Shown here: piece after piece, positions 19,863-27,465 of the stretch
Layout of the letters: each line of letters opens with the position of its first letter
Position numbering within the stretch: the first letter of the stretch is position 1
DNA from: an uncultured Clostridia bacterium
GTDB taxonomy: Bacteria > Bacillota > Clostridia > TANB77 > CAG-508
Reading direction: 5' to 3'
Assembly: GCA_947632035.1 (NCBI GenBank)
Contig: CANRNR010000006.1
Span: 376-64,375 of the forward strand
DNA: 64,000 nucleotides
Program-made: the position numbers and the translations under genes
Notes under the pieces: model-generated
Told to the model about the DNA's origin: nothing
Database searches by the model: none
What the model saw: only the letters and a program-made list of their open reading frames with translations

Positions 19863-20741
19863 TTATCTAATTTTAAATAATCTCTTTGCATTTTCATAAG
19901 TTATCTTTGCTACTTCTTCTACTGATATATTTCTAATTTGTGCTATTTTTTCAGCTATGTATTTTACATTGCGTGAGTCGTTCCTTGTACCTCTATGTGG
20001 TTCTGGTGCTAAGTATGGGCTATCTGTTTCAATTAACATTTTATCTAATGGAACCATATTTACTATTTCTTCTACATTTTTTGCATTTTTAAATGTAATA
20101 ACTCCTGCAAATGAAATGTAAAATTCCAATTTTAGTCCTTCCCTAACTAAATCTACATTTAGTGGGCAACAATGAAGAACTCCTTTATTATTAGAAATTT
20201 TTTCTTGTTTTAAAATTTCTATTGTGTCATAAATTGCATCTCTTGTATGAATTACTATTGGTAAATCCAATTTATTTGCAAGTTCTATTTGTTTTTTAAA
20301 TGCTAATTTTTGGTCTTCTTTATTTTCTTTATCCCAATGATAATCTAACCCTATTTCTCCTATTGCTACTACTTTTGGGTTTTTAGCTAGTTTTTCTATT
20401 TGTTCTAATTGCTTATTTAACTCTGTTTCAAAATTTACATTTTTTTTATCTATTTGAATTTTTTCTTGGATTGCTATTTGTTGTTCAATATTATTATCTT
20501 TATAATCTGAACCTCCTGGAATATCACTTGGATGTATTCCTACAGCTCCATATATAAATTCATAGTTATTGGCTATCTCTACTGCTTTTTTTGAGCTTTC
20601 TACATCATAGCCTACACATATTAATTTTGTTATGCCACTTTCATATATTTCTTTTAATACTTCTTCTTTATCTATATTGAATTTTTCATCATTATAATGT
20701 GCATGTGAATCAAATAATTCCATTTTTCCTCTCTTCTTCAT
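19863..20741 (-). CDS. tatD: TatD-family metal-dependent hydrolase (with a ~35-aa insertion)
   Basis: FDSHAHYND, ...IGEIGLDYHW..., ETDSPYLAPEPHRG. At 292 aa it is longer than typical; the extra segment is GGSDYKDNNIEQQIAIQEKIQIDKKNVNFETELNKQ. Confidence 0.85.
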   Translation of the reverse strand: MKKRGKMELFDSHAHYNDEKFNIDKEEVLKEIYESGITKLICVGYDVESSKKAVEIANNYEFIYGAVGIHPSDIPGGSDYKDNNIEQQIAIQEKIQIDKKNVNFETELNKQLEQIEKLAKNPKVVAIGEIGLDYHWDKENKEDQKLAFKKQIELANKLDLPIVIHTRDAIYDTIEILKQEKISNNKGVLHCCPLNVDLVREGLKLEFYISFAGVITFKNAKNVEEIVNMVPLDKMLIETDSPYLAPEPHRGTRNDSRNVKYIAEKIAQIRNISVEEVAKITYENAKRLFKIR

Positions 20742-20754
20742 TTAAATAAATTTA

Positions 20755-20803
20755 ATGAACAATATAATTTTTATGTAGTATGAATTTAAATTATATTGTT
20801 CAT
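20755..20803. repeat. 16-bp perfect inverted repeat hairpin between acpS and tatD, sharing the TGAACAATATA core
   Basis: atgaacaatataattt (20755-20770) pairs with aaattatattgttcat (20788-20803). Confidence 0.6.
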
Positions 20804-20809
20804 ATTATC

Positions 20810-21181
20810 TTACTCAAATAAAATTGTAAAGCTTGCTACTGCATATTCTTTCAAATGTGATAAGCTTAAGTCCATATCCATAATACCTTTTATATTAAGC
20901 CTACTTAAATTTGCAATTGGCTTTCCTTTTTTATCTTTTTTTACTTCTATTTTGTTAAAGATATCTTCTTCATTATCTATTTTAGTTGATATTGCTTTAT
21001 ATATGGCTTCTTTCGCTGCAAAACGTGCTGCGTAATGCTGGTACTCCATTTTGCCTTTGTTACTACAATATTGTATTTCTTCTGGAGTATAAACTCTGTT
21101 TAAAAATTTTTCTCCACCTTTTTCTATTGCTTCTTGTATTCTTTTTACTTCTATAATGTCTACTCCTGTTTGTATTTTCAT
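20810..21181 (-). CDS. acpS: Holo-[acyl-carrier-protein] synthase
   Basis: TGVDIIEVKRI..., FAAKEAIYKA, ...SLSH. Confidence 0.85.
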   Translation of the reverse strand: MKIQTGVDIIEVKRIQEAIEKGGEKFLNRVYTPEEIQYCSNKGKMEYQHYAARFAAKEAIYKAISTKIDNEEDIFNKIEVKKDKKGKPIANLSRLNIKGIMDMDLSLSHLKEYAVASFTILFE

Positions 21182-21234
21182 CTAATGCTACTCCTTTAAT
21201 TATTAATTATCAATTATTATTTAATTATTAATTA

Positions 21235-22458
21235 TTATTTAATAATCATGTTTATTAAATTTATAATAGCAACTATTACAATAATTATGGCAATCCATTT
21301 GTTATGTTTATTAGTTTTTTCTATATCATATTCTTTGTATAATAAATCATATTCATTTTTCAACTCTTCAAATGTTTCTTTTAAGTTTTGTGCTTCTTTA
21401 TAGTATTTTTCTAAAATTACTCCCATGTCATTATTAGTTACTTCATATGTCCAATTTTTCTTTGCAAAATTCAAAAATTCTTTTTGTATATTTTTAAAGT
21501 TGTTCGTTTTTGAAAATTCATAATTTAATTGTTTTAAATATATTTTTTGATATAAATGATATATGAAATGATATAGTTGTTCGTTTTCATATTTAAAAAG
21601 AAGAGTTGTGTAATTTTTTATACTATTTCCAGAAGTAAGCAGTACTGTGTTGTTATTAGAAAATCCATAATAAGCATATTTTTCTTGATAAACATTTTTA
21701 TTATTTATTTTTACATCTACTGTTTGTTCTCCTGCTGGTTTTATGTGATAATATTTTTCAAATTCTTTATTTATAATTTCAATATTCGTATTCTCATTCC
21801 AACTGTTTGGATCTAAACAAGTATAAGCATAAGTAATTAATCGGTTAGTATCTAAATTTACCTTTTTTGCTTTTAAATTAGGACCTGCTATTTTTTCTAT
21901 AAAACTTGAAAAAGTTTGCATATTTTGAAATTTTGTAGTTTGTATTTTTATATTGTCATATTCTTTTGGTTGCACTATTTCAGATTGAATATCTCTAAAT
22001 TTATAATTAAAGTTTAAAACATCTGAAAAACTTGCACCTTCATTTAACGTCGTTTTTACTAATAAAAAACATATTCCTGTAGAAAAACATATTATTTCTA
22101 TTTTAGTAATGTCGAAGAAAATTCCGCCATTTTCTCCTATTTTTGCTGGTATATCCTCACCTATGTTATATTCAAAAAAGCATGCTGGCTTTTGGCTTAA
22201 AACTGTTGCTTTCATTTTTGTATCTAGTGAATTATAATCTTTTAGTCCTTCTTTGGTTAAGTATAGTGACCAAAACATTTTGCTTTTTATTTCTGGTAAA
22301 AAATAAGAATCTATTTCAACATCTTTTTCTCTATCAAAGAACTTTATTTTACATTCTGGTTTTCTTAATAACCTATGTAAATAGTTTACATAGTCCTTCT
22401 TTTCCACCAAATATGGATAAATAAAATATGTATATTGATATTTCGTCTTTAGTTCCAT
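21235..22458 (-). CDS. Hypothetical 407-aa protein with coiled-coil C-terminal region and an extreme C-terminal TM (tail-anchor-like)
   Basis: Long ORF in an operon-like array. The C-terminus is NKHNKWIAIIIVIVAIINLINMIIK. I recognise no family motif. Confidence 0.6.
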   Translation of the reverse strand: MELKTKYQYTYFIYPYLVEKKDYVNYLHRLLRKPECKIKFFDREKDVEIDSYFLPEIKSKMFWSLYLTKEGLKDYNSLDTKMKATVLSQKPACFFEYNIGEDIPAKIGENGGIFFDITKIEIICFSTGICFLLVKTTLNEGASFSDVLNFNYKFRDIQSEIVQPKEYDNIKIQTTKFQNMQTFSSFIEKIAGPNLKAKKVNLDTNRLITYAYTCLDPNSWNENTNIEIINKEFEKYYHIKPAGEQTVDVKINNKNVYQEKYAYYGFSNNNTVLLTSGNSIKNYTTLLFKYENEQLYHFIYHLYQKIYLKQLNYEFSKTNNFKNIQKEFLNFAKKNWTYEVTNNDMGVILEKYYKEAQNLKETFEELKNEYDLLYKEYDIEKTNKHNKWIAIIIVIVAIINLINMIIK

Positions 22459-22520
22459 TTTACTTCCTCATCTTTTGATTTATTTTTAAGAAGATTACTT
22501 TATGTTTATCTTAATGTACT

Positions 22521-24047
22521 TTATTTGTCAGTATAATAATTTAAGTTCAAGTCTTCTCCTCTATGCCATTTTCCTATAAATTCAATTATAGAGTTATTTT
22601 CTAATCCGTATGCTGGTGTAATTACTTCTTCTCCTTTAGAATTTATGCAACCCCACATTCCGTTTTTCTTTACACTTGCATATCCAAATTCATTTTGTTC
22701 TTGTGCATCATCATAAATATAGTTTACTACAACAACTCCATCTTTGTTTACATAACCATATTTTCCGTCTTTTTTTGCTAAGAATAATGTGTTTGTTGTT
22801 AATAATTCAATGTTTGTCTTTTCTTCAAATTTGAAATTATAATATTTATATTCTCCATTTGTTCTTATTTTCATGTATCCATTTGCTACATTTAGTTCAG
22901 ATAGAATTCCAGTTTGTTTTACTTCAAAATCTGTTCCTATAAATTCTGTTTCAAAACTACCTTTTTTGCTGCCTTCTAAGAATCCCGCTTCTGACCTATA
23001 TATAAGTGTTTCATACTCAGGTTTTAAAACAGTTTCTCCTGAAATATTCATAATTCCATATAAGTTATTTTCCTTGTAAATGTAGTTATTGTCAAATGCA
23101 TATCTCATATCTTGATATTTAACTGGTATTTTTTCTTCTGCTGTATCTATATCAACTATACCATATTTGTTATCCTTTTTTATTGTAATTCCATTTGATT
23201 GTATATTAATTACTTCATCAAATTTACCTTGTAAATATGTATTTCCTTCTTTGTCTATTATTTGCCAATTGCTTCCTTCTTTTACTACATATTTATCATC
23301 AGCACATACTTGCTTTATATCATCATATTTTATTTCTACTACTACTGAGTTGTTACGTTTTACAACTCCCATTTTTTTATTTTCATCTGTTACAATGTAG
23401 CCGTCTTCTGCTTTAGTAGAAACTGGCTTAATATCAGTATACTCAGTATCTATTACAACTGCACCAATATTATCTATTAATCCTACTTTTCCGTCTTTCT
23501 TTGCTAAATAACTATTTGTTATTCCTTTTAGAGTTTCTATAGAATCATATTCACATTTTAAAAGTTCTTTTCCTTTGAAGTCTATTAATCCGTATTTATC
23601 ATCTTTTTTTACTAATAGTACATCTTTTTCATACCATAAGTTATTATTAGAGTCATAATTTTCTAATGGTAATATAACATCATAGCCTGTAATAAATTCT
23701 TTTCCTTCACTATTTAATACTTCTGTACGATATGTTCCATCATTATAATTTACACCATAAACACATAGGAATACGTCTTTACTATTATCTGGAATTATAA
23801 TTGCTTCTTCATAATCTGCTTTTATAACAATTTCACCTTTTGAATTTATAACTCCCCACTTACCATTTGTGTATACTGCAAAATATTGGTTTGGAACTGT
23901 TTTACCTGATGTTACTGTACTTTTACTAAACATTTTTATAATTCCTATTATTGTTATAATAATTACTGCTAATGCTATTAAAACTGCTATAACTTTTTTC
24001 ATGTTTAGTCTTCTTCCTTCTATTCCATATCTTTTTCCTCTACTCAT
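22521..24047 (-). CDS. Membrane-anchored WG-repeat (KWG) protein
   Basis: N-terminal TM, then about nine repeats such as NGKWGVINSKGEIVIKADYEEA, DDKYGLIDFKGKELLKCEYDSI and DGKYGYVNKDGVVVVNYIYDDA. Confidence 0.75.
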   Translation of the reverse strand: MSRGKRYGIEGRRLNMKKVIAVLIALAVIIITIIGIIKMFSKSTVTSGKTVPNQYFAVYTNGKWGVINSKGEIVIKADYEEAIIIPDNSKDVFLCVYGVNYNDGTYRTEVLNSEGKEFITGYDVILPLENYDSNNNLWYEKDVLLVKKDDKYGLIDFKGKELLKCEYDSIETLKGITNSYLAKKDGKVGLIDNIGAVVIDTEYTDIKPVSTKAEDGYIVTDENKKMGVVKRNNSVVVEIKYDDIKQVCADDKYVVKEGSNWQIIDKEGNTYLQGKFDEVINIQSNGITIKKDNKYGIVDIDTAEEKIPVKYQDMRYAFDNNYIYKENNLYGIMNISGETVLKPEYETLIYRSEAGFLEGSKKGSFETEFIGTDFEVKQTGILSELNVANGYMKIRTNGEYKYYNFKFEEKTNIELLTTNTLFLAKKDGKYGYVNKDGVVVVNYIYDDAQEQNEFGYASVKKNGMWGCINSKGEEVITPAYGLENNSIIEFIGKWHRGEDLNLNYYTDK

Positions 24048-24103
24048 AATTTTCCCTCCAAATAAGTTATTTTTTTACTTGTTGTAGTTCTTATTATTAA
24101 ATA

Positions 24104-24340
24104 TTATGGATTCATAGTATCATTTAATTGATTTTTCAAATCGTTAATATCATTTAGCTTATTGTTCATTACCTGATTAGTTCTTTTTTCTGAGTTTTTA
24201 GCTGCATCTATTACACCATTGTTTCCAAGTACTACTGTTATACTTACTGATGCTAAAATTAAAAGTACTATTATTGTTACAGTAAGTGCAATTATTGTTA
24301 CACCTTTTGTATTTTGTTTATTTAACATTTTGTTATTCAT
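24104..24340 (-). CDS. Small (78 aa) protein with a prepilin-like N-terminus that lacks Glu5
   Basis: The ATG at 24340 is preceded by AAAGGAGAAAAGAGAA, so the longer start in the ORF track (24439) is unsupported. The sequence is MNNKMLNKQNTKGVTIIALTVTIIVLLILASV... The KG/VTIIA segment resembles the class III signal KGFTLIE. Confidence 0.55.
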   Translation of the reverse strand: MNNKMLNKQNTKGVTIIALTVTIIVLLILASVSITVVLGNNGVIDAAKNSEKRTNQVMNNKLNDINDLKNQLNDTMNP

Positions 24341-24533
24341 TTCTCTTTTCTCCTTTGTTACCTTTTTTAGTATTCTCCATTGTGCTTCAATATGTTCATA
24401 TTTGATTTTATTATACATAAATCTAATACTATATGTCAATAATCTATATTGTTTGAGATATTATTGGAAAATTATATTATCATATAATCATATAATTTAT
24501 ATATTTTTCATATTTTCTATATTTTCTATATTT

Positions 24534-27059
24534 TTAATAAATTTTTGCAACAATTACTGTCATGTCATCTTTTTGCATTCCAAATTCACTATCTATTGCT
24601 TCATTTAAAATCATGTTTGCTATTTGTTGTGCATCATCTGTTTGTATATCTTCTAACAAATATTTTACCCATAGCTCTTTGTTTATGTATTCTGTATTTG
24701 CATCTATAATTCCGTCAGTACACATTACCAAAATGTCTCCTGCTTGTAAATCATAATCGTACACTATTAAATCTGCATTTTCTAATATTCCTGTTGGTAA
24801 TGTTAAGGTTCTTAATAATTGTACTTCTTTTCCTCTTTTTATAAATGTTGGGCATGCACTACTTTTTATAAATTCCATGTTTCCTGCATATAAATCTAAT
24901 ATTTGCATATCCAATGTTGCGTACATATCTTCTTTTGTGTTTGCTACTAATGTGGCATTTATTAAATTTAGTGATACTTCTTTATCAAACCCTGCTTTTA
25001 ACAATCTTTCTAACATTTTTATTGCTATCTTACTGCTTTTCATTGCTTCAGGTCCTGAGCCCATTCCGTCACTTATTGCAATTAAATATTTTCCATCTTC
25101 TAATTTGGTTTCAACATGGCTGTCCCCTGAAACTGGTGAGCCATTTTTTACTGCTCCTGCTACACCAACTTGTAATTTAAATTTGTCTTGTGAATAATAG
25201 CTAAATTTGCATCCTTGCTTTTGCTCTCTTAGCCCACATTCTTGTGCTTGTATAATGAACTTATCTTTTAATACTTTTTCTAATATTTTAGCTATTTTCT
25301 TTATGTTACATTTATTTCCTTCTATGTCATCACATAGTTTAGTATACACTTCTACATAATATCTTCCTGAAGCACTTTTCTTTATTTTCATACTTTCTAT
25401 TGTTATTTCTTTTTGTTCTAATAGGCTTCTTATTTCCTTCTCTTCTGTCTCAAATGGATTTTTTTCTTCTTCTTTCATCTCTTCTGCCATAGATGAAATT
25501 GCTTTTGATACACCATCTAATTGTGATGATACACTCTTTTTGTTTTCTTCTATTTTTCTTTTCCAAATGAAGTTTACTTTGCTAATCCTATATGCTGAAT
25601 TTATTGCTTTTATCATTTTTGAAACATCTTCTAATACTTGTTCATTTTTTTCCTCAAAACCTATAATGTATTGATTATGTTTTTCAAATATCCTTACTAA
25701 TTCTTTTTCCGTAACTACTTCTTGTTCTAGTAAATGTGCAAATACATCATCTATAATTCCGTTTTCACTATCAGTTATTTCATCATATAGAATATTATTT
25801 TCTAGTTCTAATAAATTGCCTTCTAATTCTTCTTTAAATACTTGCTCATTTGATAACTCTTGTTCTTTTAAGTCTTTTTCATCTAATATTGTGCTTGCTG
25901 CTTCTTCATAACTTTTTGCTAAATCACTTATAGTTTCTGACATACTATTTAATTTAAAAATAGTGTCTTTGTTTTCTGTTATAACTCTTCCTGTTGTTTC
26001 TGGAAGTAGTCTTTGATTTTTCTTATATATATCTTGTATGTTAATCTCAAATCTTTTTGGTACTGCAAGGAGTCCAAGTGATGCTATTAAAATTTCTTGC
26101 ACTAAAATTATTGGTGCTGTATTTCCATTTGATACATAGTTTAAAATGATATTTCCTAAAATGAAACCTACTACTACCCCTATTCTACCAAGTTTATAGA
26201 ATATTCCTGCTATCATTCCTGAAAGTGCATATGCTGCAATAAGTATTGGGTCGTTGTTTCCTATTATCCCAAGTGCTACACCTATTGTAATTCCACCTGT
26301 TGCTCCTACTAGCATTCCATTTTTCCAACCTAAAATTAGAACTAATAAAATGCTTATAATATGGCATATACTGTATCCAAAAATTTTTAGGTTCCCAAAT
26401 GCCATGCTTACTATTGCAAGAAGAAGGCTTGTTCCCATTACTTCTTCTATTGAAAATGCTTTTTTAGTTTTAAATTCACTTATCATTAATAGCGAATTTG
26501 CAAATATTTTATAAAATACAAAACTACTAATTGTAAGCATTATACTTACTAATAAATCATAAAAATAAAATGTTCTAAAAAACATAGGAATAACTTGCAC
26601 AGCTAAGACTGCTATACTTAAGTGCAAGCCTACTCGCTTTTGTTCGTTTGTGTTTTCTTCTTCTTTTGGTTGTTTTATAAGAATTAAAACGAAGAATAGT
26701 AGGCTACTTAAAAAATATATTAATAAACTGTTAGGTCCAAATGCGATAAATGTACCTAGTAATGTAAATAAATATGCAATTCCTATTGTTTTACGGTTTG
26801 ATACCATTGCTGATATAAAACTAATTGCAAATGGACTCATGTTTAGTATGATATTTTCACTTCTAAAGCCTACCATTGAAACCATAAATGCTATAAAATA
26901 TAATGCTATATTTTCTATAGAAAATAGCTTTATTAATATTTCTTTTAAATTTCTTTTACCTAAATTTTCTTCATTACTTGAATTTTGTTCATTTAAATTA
27001 TCTGAATAATCATCATATTCTGAATTAATATTTCCTTCTCTTTGTATATTTTGAAACAC
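24534..27059 (-). CDS. spoIIE: Stage II sporulation protein E (PP2C phosphatase with a polytopic N-terminal domain)
   Basis: About 10 TM segments, then SGDSHVETKLEDGKYLIAISDGMGSGPEA...DDMTVIVAKI. GTG start at 27059 with GGGGTGA 7 nt upstream. Confidence 0.9.
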   Translation of the reverse strand: MFQNIQREGNINSEYDDYSDNLNEQNSSNEENLGKRNLKEILIKLFSIENIALYFIAFMVSMVGFRSENIILNMSPFAISFISAMVSNRKTIGIAYLFTLLGTFIAFGPNSLLIYFLSSLLFFVLILIKQPKEEENTNEQKRVGLHLSIAVLAVQVIPMFFRTFYFYDLLVSIMLTISSFVFYKIFANSLLMISEFKTKKAFSIEEVMGTSLLLAIVSMAFGNLKIFGYSICHIISILLVLILGWKNGMLVGATGGITIGVALGIIGNNDPILIAAYALSGMIAGIFYKLGRIGVVVGFILGNIILNYVSNGNTAPIILVQEILIASLGLLAVPKRFEINIQDIYKKNQRLLPETTGRVITENKDTIFKLNSMSETISDLAKSYEEAASTILDEKDLKEQELSNEQVFKEELEGNLLELENNILYDEITDSENGIIDDVFAHLLEQEVVTEKELVRIFEKHNQYIIGFEEKNEQVLEDVSKMIKAINSAYRISKVNFIWKRKIEENKKSVSSQLDGVSKAISSMAEEMKEEEKNPFETEEKEIRSLLEQKEITIESMKIKKSASGRYYVEVYTKLCDDIEGNKCNIKKIAKILEKVLKDKFIIQAQECGLREQKQGCKFSYYSQDKFKLQVGVAGAVKNGSPVSGDSHVETKLEDGKYLIAISDGMGSGPEAMKSSKIAIKMLERLLKAGFDKEVSLNLINATLVANTKEDMYATLDMQILDLYAGNMEFIKSSACPTFIKRGKEVQLLRTLTLPTGILENADLIVYDYDLQAGDILVMCTDGIIDANTEYINKELWVKYLLEDIQTDDAQQIANMILNEAIDSEFGMQKDDMTVIVAKIY

Positions 27060-27303
27060 TTTAAAATCACCCCTACTTTTTTAATTTGCTTTTATTTTAG
27101 TACAAGCTATTTAAAATTTTTGTCGTTTTGAATACTCAAATTAAAAAAGTTTTCTTTCTTAATTGTCATCTTACGTGTTCTTTTTATTTTTTTCTCATTT
27201 ATTTTTTTATATTCTATCTTAAAATGTCTAAAAATACAAGCTTTTTGTTAGTTTATTTTTAAATTAATTGTTCAAATATAAATTTTTTATTTTATCCATA
27301 ATA

Positions 27304-27362
27304 AAAAAAGAAGATTGTTTTAAAATTTTGATTTTATTCAAAATTGAACAATCTTCTTTTTT
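27304..27362 (-). terminator. Long-stem rho-independent terminator after the copy-A operon
   Basis: aaaaaagaagattgtt (27304-27319) pairs with aacaatcttctttttt (27347-27362). An inner aattttg/caaaatt pairing is present. The minus strand ends in a T-run. Confidence 0.75.
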
Positions 27363-27465
27363 GTTATTCTGTAAAGTCTTAAGTCAAAAATCCAAATTTT
27401 GTTATTTCATTAGTTTTTTAGCACAATGCCTTTAAAACCTTAAGACAAAAACCCCGTCCCGTTGT

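Noticed and set aside
20796-21035. 79-aa plus-strand ORF overlapping acpS
   Set aside because: It is antisense to a motif-supported acpS ORF. Its start lies inside the inter-genic hairpin, and it has no SD.
27373-27460. Two similar 17-nt direct repeats (cttaagtcaaaaatcc / cttaagacaaaaacccc) and a C/G-rich patch (ccccgtcccg) in the 3'UTR of the copy-A operon
   Set aside because: There are only two imperfect copies, with no hairpin potential and no counterpart after copy B. Evidence for a functional element is insufficient.
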